A DNA stretch of 52,919 nucleotides, from NCBI GenBank assembly GCA_038064415.1, contig JBBTTD010000006.1:1-52919 (forward strand). Reading direction: 5' to 3'. Position 1 is the first letter of the stretch; each line of letters opens with the position of its first letter. The notes below the pieces were generated by a model. It was not told the DNA's origin and did not search any database. It was given only the letters and a program-made list of their open reading frames with translations. Source of the DNA: Patescibacteria group bacterium. GTDB taxonomy: Bacteria; Patescibacteriota; Minisyncoccia; Phycocordibacterales; PALSA-1337. Positions 24,261-35,103 of this stretch are shown piece after piece. The position numbers were made by a program, and so were the translations under genes.

Positions 24261-25388
24261 TTATTTTCCGTGAATACTATTTATATATGCTTGAGCCAAT
24301 GCTTTTTTTGTCGGGTCTATTGGTAAATATGGCGTAACAAGGTTTTTAAAACCCTCTATTTCTTGTTGATTGTAATTTCTCTGATACCATGCGGTACCTT
24401 GATCTATCTCCTCTTGTAGATTTTTTGTATATTTTTCTATCATAGCCAATTTTGTGTTGTCTGCTACAATAGCTAAGGTTTGTAGTGTGGTCGCATCGCT
24501 TGTCCCTGAATTAACGACAGTAGAATATCCATTTGCAAAAGTCTTTAACGACCCAGCAATATCACCGGAGTTCTTTTCTGGTTGGTTAATTTGTCCAAGT
24601 CCCCAAGCAGAGGACACTTCAATTCTAGTTGTATCGATTTTGTTGTTATTGTCTTGAATCTCGTTATTGAGTTTTGCCATCTGTAAATCAATCGCATCTA
24701 ATTCATCTTTTGTTGGTCCACCCATAGATACACAGCGTTCGTTTACTCCAGCATCTGTGTCCTTATTTAAATTTGCACCTTGACATATCTCCCATCTCTT
24801 AAATGCCAAATCACTCAACTCATTTTTCTTTGTGGTATTTTCCGCCCCTCTCTGTTGGTTTAGTGCTACTGCATCTTTACCCATTTGCCCCATTTGCGCC
24901 AGTTGTTCACTATAGTATTTATTCCATGAAAATTTTTCTACAGTAAGTGGTTTTAAACCACCCAAATCAATCTCAACCAGTTTTGGATTTATTGTTTTAA
25001 GTAGCAAAAAAGACCCAAGTATTAAAACTAAACCAATAATTGCGTTTTTAAATATCTTTAAACCATCACTTTTTTCTTGGAACGATGCCGTGGCAGTATA
25101 TTTGAACCCACCCCAAACAATCATAAATACTGCCATAACCGAGGCAATGGCGATTGCCAAATTAAAAAGATATTTCATATATGTTCCAAGATCAACATTC
25201 TCAACCTGATTATTCGTGCATTTTGCACCACTATCTGTTCCATTTAAACATGGTAACGGCGAAAGAAGCGTGTAAGTTTTTAGTTCTGAATTTCCTGTCG
25301 CACTTACATATTCAAATGACCAGAATGTTCCCAAAAATAAAGTGAGGAGTATTAAAATAGTGGCTGATTTGGTAAGTATGTTTTTCAT
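24261..25388 (-). CDS. VirB2/TrbC-like T4SS pilin domain protein with coiled-coil extension
   Basis: Y...LFNLAIAIASVMAVFMIVWGGF.Y....I.NAIIGLVLILGSFLLL.TINP.L pilin pattern typical of CPR. Confidence 0.7.
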   Translation of the reverse strand: MKNILTKSATILILLTLFLGTFWSFEYVSATGNSELKTYTLLSPLPCLNGTDSGAKCTNNQVENVDLGTYMKYLFNLAIAIASVMAVFMIVWGGFKYTATASFQEKSDGLKIFKNAIIGLVLILGSFLLLKTINPKLVEIDLGGLKPLTVEKFSWNKYYSEQLAQMGQMGKDAVALNQQRGAENTTKKNELSDLAFKRWEICQGANLNKDTDAGVNERCVSMGGPTKDELDAIDLQMAKLNNEIQDNNNKIDTTRIEVSSAWGLGQINQPEKNSGDIAGSLKTFANGYSTVVNSGTSDATTLQTLAIVADNTKLAMIEKYTKNLQEEIDQGTAWYQRNYNQQEIEGFKNLVTPYLPIDPTKKALAQAYINSIHGK

Positions 25389-25404
25389 ATATTGTATTTA
25401 TTGT

Positions 25405-26436
25405 TTAAAACACAGAACTGCCGGTATTATCTAAAACACTTTTATCAGCAGAAAACGAAGCCGAAAATCCCCCACTCTCACCTTGCAATATTTTATCAGG
25501 ATTTCGGATATCTAGCTGGATATTTGAAGATCCAGAAGAATTGTCGGGCGCGCGGAGAACCAAAGACTCATTTTTTGATAATCCAGAGTCCTGTAGACCA
25601 TTTATTAGCCACGAATAGGTAAGATTACCGATGCCATTTACTGGTTTATCAAAACCAAACGGAACAGCTAGCACCCCAGTTTCTTTTTGCGAACCAATTC
25701 TTATAACATCACCAATTACTCTATTAAAAAGCGGTCCATAAAGCGGATCATTAATATAAAAATTAATACTAGGACCTCCAACAGCAATGTTGATATAACC
25801 CTGAGCCCTAGCTTCAATATCTCGTGGCCAAGCAGTCACACTGATATCATAAGGCCTAGGCACTATCTCACCCGTTAAAATTAAAGCTTGTTTACCATAT
25901 CCCGATTGGTCCTCAATTACACGGTCATTCTTTTTCCATTGGTATACCAAATTTTTAGGGTCGTATTCCACACCACTTGAGTTTGCTATATGTGGAATCG
26001 CCACAATCTTAACTGTGTTTTGATATACTGGTGGAATTTTTCCTTTGAAAAACGGATGCGTGTAACCGCTAGTTTCAACGATTATGTCAATTGAACCAGA
26101 CCCAACCACGATAGATGCTTTAATATTCCTACCTTCTGGAGTCGTTGCGCTGACATCAACATTTAATTTTTTACCAAGATCAGGCGCCACCACCTTTAAA
26201 GTAGTAGCTCCTGTTGCGTTTTGTTCAGTTTTTCCATTAATTATCCAAGAAATTTTGGCAGTATTTATATCAACAATATAACTTCTTGCTGTTATAGTCA
26301 CAGTTTGACCAGGGACCGGATTGTCGCTTGAAGCCGTCAACTCAAGTCCACCAACGGAAATTGGGACTTGAGCAGAAGTTATGGAGGTAAAAAGAAAAAA
26401 TGTAAAAATACAGAAAAGTAAAAGAGAAGATTTCAT
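25405..26436 (-). CDS. Secreted hypothetical protein, probably Ig-like beta-sandwich domains
   Basis: Signal peptide, PGQTVTITA, SWIING, LVYQW and YSWLING motifs. ATG at 26436. Confidence 0.7.
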   Translation of the reverse strand: MKSSLLLFCIFTFFLFTSITSAQVPISVGGLELTASSDNPVPGQTVTITARSYIVDINTAKISWIINGKTEQNATGATTLKVVAPDLGKKLNVDVSATTPEGRNIKASIVVGSGSIDIIVETSGYTHPFFKGKIPPVYQNTVKIVAIPHIANSSGVEYDPKNLVYQWKKNDRVIEDQSGYGKQALILTGEIVPRPYDISVTAWPRDIEARAQGYINIAVGGPSINFYINDPLYGPLFNRVIGDVIRIGSQKETGVLAVPFGFDKPVNGIGNLTYSWLINGLQDSGLSKNESLVLRAPDNSSGSSNIQLDIRNPDKILQGESGGFSASFSADKSVLDNTGSSVF

Positions 26437-26459
26437 CAATACTATTTTAGCATATTCAC

Positions 26460-26891
26460 CTAATCAACCAATCCCCCACTTGGTGGGCGAACACTCCCTT
26501 GGTTGAGCGGTACCTTGGGCGGAGGTAATCTTACCCCGCCACTATTTAAATATGGTTTACCTCCACCAGCCACAGAAGTCACTGATATTCCAGTCTTATC
26601 TTCTATTCTAGTTAAAACTATTATTATTATCATACCAGCAATAATTGTTGGAAATTCTTGGACAACAGGGATCAACTCAGCAACCGTTGAAATAGCACTC
26701 GTAATAAGTCTTCTAGGATTCATTAATCCCATTCCCGACTTCCAGAAATATATACTTGCAAGTATCCAAAATATTGGACCGACAAGATCACCAACAAAAG
26801 GAATTAAACTCAAAGCATCAGCAATACCAGCGGCAACAAAAAGAACTATTGCCGCAATGTTTCCAAGCTTGTGTTTTTTGCCTTCCTCCAT
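26460..26891 (-). CDS. Small membrane protein
   Basis: Hydrophobic helices, ELIP..QEFP motif, Pro-rich tail; start 26891 has an extended -10. Confidence 0.65.
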   Translation of the reverse strand: MEEGKKHKLGNIAAIVLFVAAGIADALSLIPFVGDLVGPIFWILASIYFWKSGMGLMNPRRLITSAISTVAELIPVVQEFPTIIAGMIIIIVLTRIEDKTGISVTSVAGGGKPYLNSGGVRLPPPKVPLNQGSVRPPSGGLVD

Positions 26892-26942
26892 AAACCAATT
26901 ATAACAGAACCACCACATGTGTACCCGTGTGGTTGAATGATA

Positions 26943-28766
26943 CTATTTACCACTCTCCGCGTGTTCCAAATCTCTTTTTGCTTGTTGTATCTGCATGATT
27001 TGTGCCGGGTTTGTGGTGATGATCTGATCTTCAGTATAAGAACCGACGATTTTGATAGCCACATGTTTCAGACCAACGAAGAATATACCCTCTCCAACAT
27101 CTGATTCCAAGAGCAAATACTTTTCCTCATCTGTTAGATTGAATGTTTTCTGAACATGATCAATAACTGATGGTGATTGCTTCAAAAGTACCTGAATAGA
27201 TGAGTTACTCACGATTGGCATGCCATAAGGCGAATTCAAGAAGTCGTCAACATCTTGAGTGATCGTGGATAATCCGAGAAAATATTTACGACCACGCTTA
27301 GCAAGACTAAAGAGGAATGAAGCGGTGTCTTCTGATTTCATCATCCACCATGCCTCATCTATGACCAACAGGCGTTTTTTGAGGTTTTTGCGGATGGCAT
27401 TCCAAATATAGTGTGTAACTATATACATGGCGACCGGTTTCAGTTCATCTTCCATATCACGCAGTGAAAAGACCACGAATTTTTTGTTTATGTCTACATT
27501 TGAGGGTCTATTTATAAATCCAGCCCAAGTTCCTTTTGTATATTTTGATAATCGTTGAACTAATGAATCTCCGCCTTCCATTCCAGCTAGCACCAATTCA
27601 AAATCTGATAGAAGTGGCGGTTCTACTGTACGAAAATCTGCTTCAGGGGTAATATCCTTCAACGCATAAGTTTCACTAATGGCGCGATCAATTATTGCAT
27701 CTTCTTCTTGAGTCAAACCACCCAACATAATACGAAATAGTCCGACCAAATTGATAATATTTGAGCGCAAAACATCAGCCGAAGACTCATCCTCACGAGT
27801 TACTGGTAAGTCAAAAGGATTGATATGGTGTTCTGAATTGAGTGAGATATTGAAATATTTTCCACCCGTGGCCTCGGCCATATACTCATATTCCTTTTCT
27901 GGGTCTATGACAATAACATCAGTTTCAAACATCAAAGTACGCAGTATTTCCAATTTGGTGTTATAAGATTTTCCAGCACCAGCTGTGGCAAAAGTAACTG
28001 AATTGTAGTTTTCCAACGAGAAACGATCAAAAAGCACCAACGAAGAATTGTGTCTATTGATACCATACAAAATTCCCTTGTCAGAAGTAAGGTCAAATGA
28101 GACGAATGGAAACAGAGATGAAAGGGGTGAGGAATTTAACTTAGAATGGACTGCCAATTGGTCATCTGCGATAGGAATGACTGATTTGAACCCTTGTTCC
28201 TGTTGGAAAAGTGCTGGTTTTACATAAATAAGTTTTGATTCAAGAATTGATTTTATTTCGGACTCCAATTTGTCCAATTCTCCTTCTGTGTCTGCAAACA
28301 AAGTGATATAAACGCCAACATCAAACAAGTGCTCTTGGGCTTGCATGAGCTGATCTCGCAGTTGTTCCAGATCTTGGTAAGCGGTATCAAGGGCGGGATC
28401 ACGAACCAATCCCTTGTCTTCCCTTCTGGATATCTGACTTTGAACTTCAGCGACCTTCTTTTGGAAATGACGGAGAATTTTGGCGGTATCTACAGGGTGG
28501 ATGAATATTGAAATATTAAAAATCTTATCCAGATTGATTATCGGAGCAAACCAGCTTTCATCCAAAAACCTAGGATATGAAATAACAAACATCGTGCGGC
28601 CAACTTTCTCACCAAGGTTCAATTCTTTTGGACTAATTTTCAAAGCTGACGGCGAAATAACATCTCTCAACTCCAAAACCCCGGCCTGGTATATTTCTTC
28701 AGGTAAGATTGAAACAATCGGTGATTGCTCGTTTTTATTTCCAAATAATTTGTTTAAAAATGACAT
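26943..28766 (-). CDS. VirB4/TraC-like conjugation-type ATPase
   Basis: Walker A ATAGAGKS, IDPEKEY, INPFD, Walker B VIDEAW, KRGRKY, TQDVDD, GEG motifs. Confidence 0.9.
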   Translation of the reverse strand: MSFLNKLFGNKNEQSPIVSILPEEIYQAGVLELRDVISPSALKISPKELNLGEKVGRTMFVISYPRFLDESWFAPIINLDKIFNISIFIHPVDTAKILRHFQKKVAEVQSQISRREDKGLVRDPALDTAYQDLEQLRDQLMQAQEHLFDVGVYITLFADTEGELDKLESEIKSILESKLIYVKPALFQQEQGFKSVIPIADDQLAVHSKLNSSPLSSLFPFVSFDLTSDKGILYGINRHNSSLVLFDRFSLENYNSVTFATAGAGKSYNTKLEILRTLMFETDVIVIDPEKEYEYMAEATGGKYFNISLNSEHHINPFDLPVTREDESSADVLRSNIINLVGLFRIMLGGLTQEEDAIIDRAISETYALKDITPEADFRTVEPPLLSDFELVLAGMEGGDSLVQRLSKYTKGTWAGFINRPSNVDINKKFVVFSLRDMEDELKPVAMYIVTHYIWNAIRKNLKKRLLVIDEAWWMMKSEDTASFLFSLAKRGRKYFLGLSTITQDVDDFLNSPYGMPIVSNSSIQVLLKQSPSVIDHVQKTFNLTDEEKYLLLESDVGEGIFFVGLKHVAIKIVGSYTEDQIITTNPAQIMQIQQAKRDLEHAESGK

Positions 28767-28767
28767 T

Positions 28768-29409
28768 TTATGTTATTTGTATTGGCTTTTCTGTTTCTCC
28801 AGGATTGAACAGTTTGTAGAACAATTCTACCACTTCCTCTGTTCCAAGTTCTGCGGTGCGAACACCACACCTGACCAATCCTTGCTCAACCACAGCGACC
28901 CTCTGTTCTAGCTGGCTTCGGTATTCTTGAAATTGCGCGTCAGCTACAGCCGAAGCGCTTACGCCGGCGTTTTTTCCAGGGAAAAATTTAGTCAATGGAT
29001 TTTTGCTCGTTGTGATGATCGGTGGATCATAAGGTATGACCACAAAGAAACTCTTGGACATAATATTGGTACTTTCTACAAAGGTTCTGATGAATTCTAT
29101 GTATTCACGGACCTGTATTTTCATGAGTTCTGTTACTTGTTCTTTATAGCGATCTTCCAAAAGTGCAATATATGGCCTAATATCTAGCTTTTTTGATTGG
29201 ACGAATATTTGAATTGAGAAATCAAGAGAGTTAAGAAAATTCTGAAATTGCATCAAGATTGAACTCTGCTCATCTTGTGATTTTAAGGCAAAGTTTAATG
29301 ATGATGCTAAAATAATAGCTCGCATCCCACCACTCTTCAAGATGATTACACCATCGCGAATTTCTTGGATAGGGATGAAATCTTGAGTTGTTTTTTGAGG
29401 ATTTGCCAT
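28768..29409 (-). CDS. Conserved T4SS-associated protein resembling a VirB4 N-terminal region
   Basis: TQDFIPI.EIRDG, NF.LKS.DEQ..I...F..FLNSL.F..QI pattern; sits between prgI-like and virB4-like genes. Start 29409. Confidence 0.7.
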   Translation of the reverse strand: MANPQKTTQDFIPIQEIRDGVIILKSGGMRAIILASSLNFALKSQDEQSSILMQFQNFLNSLDFSIQIFVQSKKLDIRPYIALLEDRYKEQVTELMKIQVREYIEFIRTFVESTNIMSKSFFVVIPYDPPIITTSKNPLTKFFPGKNAGVSASAVADAQFQEYRSQLEQRVAVVEQGLVRCGVRTAELGTEEVVELFYKLFNPGETEKPIQIT

Positions 29410-29840
29410 TAGCGTTGGTTTTTGTTTGAGTAAACACTCTCTTTTATGTCCAGACTCCAACTCAAGTCTTTCAATTTACTGTCAGATATTTTTGGGACCA
29501 TAATAGAGGCATAATTTTTAGCGTCTTTTATCGCGTTTGATTCGGTTTTGGGTTTATTCTCCTCTTTTTTCCAAATATATAGTTTACCACCTAGGTAATA
29601 TTTGAAAGCAGACTCCACAACATTAATGAATGGCTTTTTGTTGACTTTATAAAAAGCAAAAGCCGCGGAGATTCCCATAACAAGCATAATTGGAAGGACT
29701 GCCAAGATGAAACTTCCTAGTAAAGTGTAAATCAGAAACGAAAGTCCTCCTCCACCAGCAAGATATATGAACTGCTTCAAAGTGAGCGGTCCGAATATTT
29801 TGTCTTCTACCTCAATGAATTGGGGAACTTGGAATCGCAT
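29409..29840 (-). CDS. PrgI family protein
   Basis: MRFQVPQFIEVEDKIFGPLTLKQF N-terminus followed by two TM helices. Confidence 0.85.
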   Translation of the reverse strand: MRFQVPQFIEVEDKIFGPLTLKQFIYLAGGGGLSFLIYTLLGSFILAVLPIMLVMGISAAFAFYKVNKKPFINVVESAFKYYLGGKLYIWKKEENKPKTESNAIKDAKNYASIMVPKISDSKLKDLSWSLDIKESVYSNKNQR

Positions 29841-29884
29841 TACTTGATATTATAGCGTTTTTTACTCAAAAACCGAAATAACCT

Positions 29885-30586
29885 CTATTTCAACGCTTCT
29901 CTATATGGATCAATTGTTGGTTTCGTAGGAGTATTTTTAGGAGTTTCTTTGTTTTGAATTTGGTTTGGATTTTCAGTAGCCACTTCAGAGACTACCTTCT
30001 TTTCTCCTTGCCCAACGGGATTTTTTAATAGGTAATCAACCAATGGTTCAGTGTGGTTTTCAGTACCACTAATTAAGCTTTTGGAGAAATTACCCTTGTT
30101 TAGTTCAGGGTTCTCTATGCCAGCAAGGATTTTGTTTTTGTCGGCCGACGTTACGCCGTTACCGCTGGTTGGTTCTGATTTAACGGGCTCAATACTGAAG
30201 CCACCGGCGCGTTCTATTGAGGAAATATCTTGTCGTGCTTGGGTTTCTGTATCTTGTGGTGGCATTTCCGCTTCCAATTTTTTTAAACTATCCTTTATTG
30301 AATTAAAAACCTCGCTATTTACATCTTGTGCGATAAGTGTTGCCACTTTTGATGATATATTAAGTTTCCATGAAGCATGATTTACAAAGTCAGACGATTT
30401 TTCAAGTCCAAGAAGTATAAGACCGATTTCATCAACCAATTCACCTAGTTGGTCGATCAATAAATTGTGCCTTTTTCCAATTGTCTCAATTTTGTCGTGA
30501 ATTTCTGGCGATGTTACAACCTTCTGCAGTTCTGTCGGCAGTTTTTCAAATTGACCCTGGATTTCTTCAGAAGTAAATTGCTTCAT
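29885..30586 (-). CDS. Conserved hypothetical protein
   Basis: Helical N-domain, disordered C-terminus ending DPYRE; ATGA-coupled to the upstream gene. Confidence 0.7.
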   Translation of the reverse strand: MKQFTSEEIQGQFEKLPTELQKVVTSPEIHDKIETIGKRHNLLIDQLGELVDEIGLILLGLEKSSDFVNHASWKLNISSKVATLIAQDVNSEVFNSIKDSLKKLEAEMPPQDTETQARQDISSIERAGGFSIEPVKSEPTSGNGVTSADKNKILAGIENPELNKGNFSKSLISGTENHTEPLVDYLLKNPVGQGEKKVVSEVATENPNQIQNKETPKNTPTKPTIDPYREALK

Positions 30587-32403
30587 GATGTTTTTGGTTT
30601 ATCTTTATCATCATCTTTCTTTTTACTCCCATCCCCATCGGTTTTTTTACTTTTTTCTGCAACCTTTTCAGCAATTTTTTCACTACGATTTTCTTCCTCA
30701 AGATCATAAATTTCGCCCAGTTCTACATTATACTTACTTATCTGTTCCTTTAGTTCCTTTAGTTTTTCTAATTCGGCAGCGGTCGGAGGTTTTCCTGGTG
30801 CAAAGCCAACTCCTCGGGAATCTTTTTCTATAGATTCCTCAAGTCTTTTTAGCTCTGCCTCTGCTTTATTTTTATTTTCTTGCACGGTTTTCTTCTGTTG
30901 CATTTTTACTTCAGCTGCCGCCTTTTTTTGAGTATCAGCTGCAACTTGTTTTCCCGCACGTGAGCCAACCATTTTTGCTAATATTGATGGTTTGGCGAGA
31001 TGTTCATTGAATGTTGCTTGGTATTCTTTTCCAACATGTTTTTGTAGTCCCAACAGGTCCTTCTTTTTTTGTTTCAACACCGCGTCATAACTACCTTTTT
31101 TGTCTCCAAAACCAGCTCCACTAACTTTTGATAGTCCCTTTGATGCCGCCAGACCAATGGTTGGGTTACTTGCATAGAATTTTTTTGCAAACGCACTATC
31201 GTTTATGCGACCAGCCGCCGCGCCGACAGTGTTTCTTCCAGCAAATCTGCCAACCTCCTGCAACCTCCTCTTTCCCCACCCACTAAAATTATCACCCCAT
31301 TGTTTACCAAAACTCATGGCCTTTCCTCCGACTTGAAGCGCAGCAATTAGTGGTGCCATTATAAACATAATAGCAAGCACATAACTCAAAATCATTCCAA
31401 AATAACTCGCCCCAAGAACCCCATCACTTTTTACATTGGAAGTTCCAGTGAGAATATTTGCTATGCTGGTGGCTGGTGGATTATCGCCGAGCAGAAGTCG
31501 CATTGCTATGTAGGTGAAAAGCAAATACACAGGCATGAAAATAAGGTTTGCCTTCAAATGACCCCACCATTTATCAGAGAGATCCCTCTTGATTTGTGGT
31601 ATTACCATTCCCGCCATCCACAACGGAGAAAACGCCAACAACAATATAAGCATTCCCGTGCGGATAATAAACGCAAGTGCTGTCGCTAGAAAACTTAATG
31701 CCGCTATTACCATAACCACGGTTCCACCAACTCCGGCGATGATCATTTGTATGTCTACATCTTTTTGTTTTAACTGACCCGTATTTTTGTAAAAACTTTG
31801 TGGTCTAAGTGCTTGCATAAAGACGTCCGATATTCCCCCGTCGTTAAATGCTTGTGAAGCTATACTACTTAATGAATTTACGTTTGTTCCATACTCTTTT
31901 CCAGGCGCAATTGCTCTATAAAATTGAAGAGATATAACATTAGAGAAATCAATCATTGCTCCTACTATAAAGAAACTGAAATTTATAAGAATGCCAGCGA
32001 TGATAATATTTTTTACCAAGTCGCCAATTTTTTGTTTTTCAATACTTAAGATCATTGTAATGGCGAGCCATAGAAGAGCAAATATAAAAAACATACTTGA
32101 AATGTCACGGACTACCATCCACGCAGTATAAACTGCCGGAACCGCTTCCAATAACTGTTTTATGTGGAGGGTTAGGTTAATTGACGCATTAAGAAGTGTT
32201 CCCGCCACCGTGAGAAACCAGCTTGCTATAGTAAGAACATAATAAGCGATGTTTGCTAGTATGCTTAGCACAAAATCAGTGAGACTAAGACCAAAGGCAC
32301 TTGTTAAATCAAACAAACCAGCCTCCACCACATGCCCCGAAAGTCCCACCATAATGGTGACGAGTAGGATGACTATTGGTATGTGTTTAAGGTATCTTTT
32401 CAT
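30583..32403 (-). CDS. VirB6/TrbL-like polytopic membrane protein with C-terminal coiled coil
   Basis: About 8 TM segments; VRD....FFIF.LL, I.AG.LINFS.F, R...L.LLL.FSP, W pattern. Confidence 0.7.
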   Translation of the reverse strand: MKRYLKHIPIVILLVTIMVGLSGHVVEAGLFDLTSAFGLSLTDFVLSILANIAYYVLTIASWFLTVAGTLLNASINLTLHIKQLLEAVPAVYTAWMVVRDISSMFFIFALLWLAITMILSIEKQKIGDLVKNIIIAGILINFSFFIVGAMIDFSNVISLQFYRAIAPGKEYGTNVNSLSSIASQAFNDGGISDVFMQALRPQSFYKNTGQLKQKDVDIQMIIAGVGGTVVMVIAALSFLATALAFIIRTGMLILLLAFSPLWMAGMVIPQIKRDLSDKWWGHLKANLIFMPVYLLFTYIAMRLLLGDNPPATSIANILTGTSNVKSDGVLGASYFGMILSYVLAIMFIMAPLIAALQVGGKAMSFGKQWGDNFSGWGKRRLQEVGRFAGRNTVGAAAGRINDSAFAKKFYASNPTIGLAASKGLSKVSGAGFGDKKGSYDAVLKQKKKDLLGLQKHVGKEYQATFNEHLAKPSILAKMVGSRAGKQVAADTQKKAAAEVKMQQKKTVQENKNKAEAELKRLEESIEKDSRGVGFAPGKPPTAAELEKLKELKEQISKYNVELGEIYDLEEENRSEKIAEKVAEKSKKTDGDGSKKKDDDKDKPKTS

Positions 32404-32408
32404 GTTTA

Positions 32409-34109
32409 CTAGCGACCACGATTACTCAAAATTAAGATAAGATTTTGAGCGTTTGTTCCATTTGGATATGCGGTACACGCTTGCTGGTAGGCCGCCGCGT
32501 TGATGTTGAATTTTTGTGCTTGGGTTTGAGCATTTACTAGGTCTTTTTGAGCGTCAGTCATTCCAGTGACAGCTATTGTGTTTGCGTCAACCGCCCCCTT
32601 TACGCCCGATTCGTATAGAGGCAACTGATTTCTTAGACCGTTAAATTGGGAACCTTGTAATTGCGTACTTGACGCTGATGCTTGGTTCTTCAGATTTTGT
32701 ATATCTGTAATTTGTTGGGTTGTACTGGTCTGCTTCGTTGTAAGTTGCGTCAACAACGGATCGACATATACCGCTACCGTGTTGTCTATATTAGATATAT
32801 AATTTTGCGCGCTATTTTCACTGAACCAACCTCTAGAATTATCAATTTTTCCAGCGAAGCATGTTCTGGCCGTAATGTATTGTGAACGACTACCAGAAAT
32901 CAACCCCACCGCTTGGTCGTACACAGTTTTGTATTGATTTAATGATGTTATCGCACCATCAAAGGTATTTGATAGTTGAGTTGAATTATTTTGATTATTT
33001 TTGGCGTTCTGTTTATCAATATCATTAATGATTTGTTGGGTGTAAGAAGTTCTACCACTACCAGACCCACCACCACTCAATGCCGCCAAACCACCGTTTA
33101 GCATCTGACTGATCATTTGTGAAACAAGGGCGTTCAAAACAGCATTGATATCATCCGCAAGTTCTGCTTCAACTATCGGGCTGTCAACTGCTTTTTGTAA
33201 TGATCCCGCGATAACAGATCCTGGAGTTTGGGTAGTACAACGCTCTGCTACTCCAGTTTTTTGATTTATTGAAACATTATCTGATCTATACGGCGCCGTT
33301 GAGTTATTGTTGTTGGTCATTGCTAATACATTGTCAGCGGTTGAGGTGTTTGCAAGTCCAAGAGAAGGATTGCTCAATCCCGCGCCAAATCCCGCGCTTT
33401 GTTCTTCGGTTGATAGTTCCTCACACTTTTGCCACGACATGAAACCACCGCCACGATTTAAATCTTGATTTATTTTACCCTCTTTAGCGCCGATCAGACT
33501 CAAAAGTTCACTATGTGCTTGTAGATATGAACCATAGATATTATTTTGTGGTTCGGTTGTCAATGAAATAAATGCTGGCCAACCACCTTGTGAAAAGTCT
33601 CCATTGGTAAATCCATCTATTGTCCCTTGGACATTATTTACGATTTTACCAAGCGTACAAGTATATCGTCTTGATGCTGACATTGTTTGATCAAGCGCCA
33701 AGGCCAGACGTATATCAAGTTTGAATGGAGAACAAAGCGCGGAAAGTGCGCCGTTTTGTGCTAGAAACTGTCCAGTAACTTGGTCTGCCGCATCCAAGAA
33801 AAACCCTTCCGGATTTGTCAGAAATGCCGGACTACCTTGAAATCCGGAGTTTATCCAGTTTATGATACTTATGGTTATTTGGTGAAGAATTTGTTTGGCG
33901 ATGTTTTCTGCTAAATGGTCAAGCGTAAACGCCTTTAGTTTCATCATTATGGCTTTTAAATCAAATTGTTGGTTAGTCGGGACATCGGCACCTTCTGCTC
34001 GTGCCGAGTGTGGAGACAAAAGGACCGCGGAGAATGAAGTAGATATCACAATCATTAATATAAGAGTAAAACCGAGTATTTTTTTTGTTATTTCGTTGAT
34101 TTCCATCAT
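32409..34109 (-). CDS. Large exported hypothetical protein of the T4SS-like operon
   Basis: N-terminal hydrophobic segment, WINSGFQGSPAF, CSPF, GGW..F, TPG.VI motifs, C-terminal coiled coil. Confidence 0.7.
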   Translation of the reverse strand: MMEINEITKKILGFTLILMIVISTSFSAVLLSPHSARAEGADVPTNQQFDLKAIMMKLKAFTLDHLAENIAKQILHQITISIINWINSGFQGSPAFLTNPEGFFLDAADQVTGQFLAQNGALSALCSPFKLDIRLALALDQTMSASRRYTCTLGKIVNNVQGTIDGFTNGDFSQGGWPAFISLTTEPQNNIYGSYLQAHSELLSLIGAKEGKINQDLNRGGGFMSWQKCEELSTEEQSAGFGAGLSNPSLGLANTSTADNVLAMTNNNNSTAPYRSDNVSINQKTGVAERCTTQTPGSVIAGSLQKAVDSPIVEAELADDINAVLNALVSQMISQMLNGGLAALSGGGSGSGRTSYTQQIINDIDKQNAKNNQNNSTQLSNTFDGAITSLNQYKTVYDQAVGLISGSRSQYITARTCFAGKIDNSRGWFSENSAQNYISNIDNTVAVYVDPLLTQLTTKQTSTTQQITDIQNLKNQASASSTQLQGSQFNGLRNQLPLYESGVKGAVDANTIAVTGMTDAQKDLVNAQTQAQKFNINAAAYQQACTAYPNGTNAQNLILILSNRGR

Positions 34110-34110
34110 G

Positions 34111-35010
34111 TTATTGTGTGACGATTGCTACGGTTGATAATACTGATCCCGCCTCATTTGTTGAATAAGAAATGTCATTAGAGTCAAAATAATTTTTTAT
34201 ATTTAGAAGCGCACTTTCAAGGATGGTATGTGCCACGTCGTATGTTCCAAGAGCGATCATTGCTTGCATCGGGTCTTTTTCTGAACCCCTCAATCCTTGA
34301 GCGACATACATTATTGAACTTAATCCGTTTATTAGATCAATGTGGTATTTAGCCACTGATGTCGGCGTAGGAATTGATATCAATGCGTTTATGGTTTTTT
34401 GATACCCAGAAATTATCGGATCAATTTGTGTGAGTAAATCCATATTTCCAGCGTTAAATGCGTTTGACGCGACTTCAGCGGCGTCTGTTTGTGGTGAGTA
34501 TTTAATAAAAGCTGAACCGACAAAATTTCCGTAGGAACGAATTGAGTCGGCGCTTACATCGGTAGATATAAATATGTCAGAAGCAGAATAAAATTTTGGT
34601 TGAGCCGCGACCGCCAGAGTATTCCCTATTGTATAGTCAACTGCATCGCCAACAGCTTTGTCGTTGGTCGTGAGGTTACTTTGTTTTAATTGCATGTAAC
34701 TGGTAAAGAAGTTTCTGCCAAACTGATCGGTGAGCGTCAGTGGACCAAGGTCTTGTTCTTTTAGGACCAACACTGATCGTGAAAGCGAAGTTGTAGATGA
34801 TCCAGAAACTAAAAACTGCTTTTTCCAATCATCAGAAACTAATTTCGCGTTGCTTGAGTCGTCAGTTTTATTTGTTGTTGAAACAGACACTACTGGTCGG
34901 CTTGTTTCAGATGGTTTTGTCCAGTCAATATAGATTGCCGTACCGATAACGGCTAACGCGCACACGATTGTTATGACAACAGTTTGTTTATGCGGGTAGT
35001 AACTCGCCAT
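34111..35010 (-). CDS. Membrane-anchored hypothetical protein, first gene of the T4SS-like operon
   Basis: N-terminal TM segment, LTLTD.F.R.FF, DP..AM motifs. Confidence 0.7.
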   Translation of the reverse strand: MASYYPHKQTVVITIVCALAVIGTAIYIDWTKPSETSRPVVSVSTTNKTDDSSNAKLVSDDWKKQFLVSGSSTTSLSRSVLVLKEQDLGPLTLTDQFGRNFFTSYMQLKQSNLTTNDKAVGDAVDYTIGNTLAVAAQPKFYSASDIFISTDVSADSIRSYGNFVGSAFIKYSPQTDAAEVASNAFNAGNMDLLTQIDPIISGYQKTINALISIPTPTSVAKYHIDLINGLSSIMYVAQGLRGSEKDPMQAMIALGTYDVAHTILESALLNIKNYFDSNDISYSTNEAGSVLSTVAIVTQ

Positions 35011-35103
35011 GATGCTGGAATTATATCAGAAAACAAGCATTTATTCTTTGTTCTGTGGACAGTAAAAGGCCAGTTAATAAGCCTAAAATGCTATAATTGT
35101 CAC

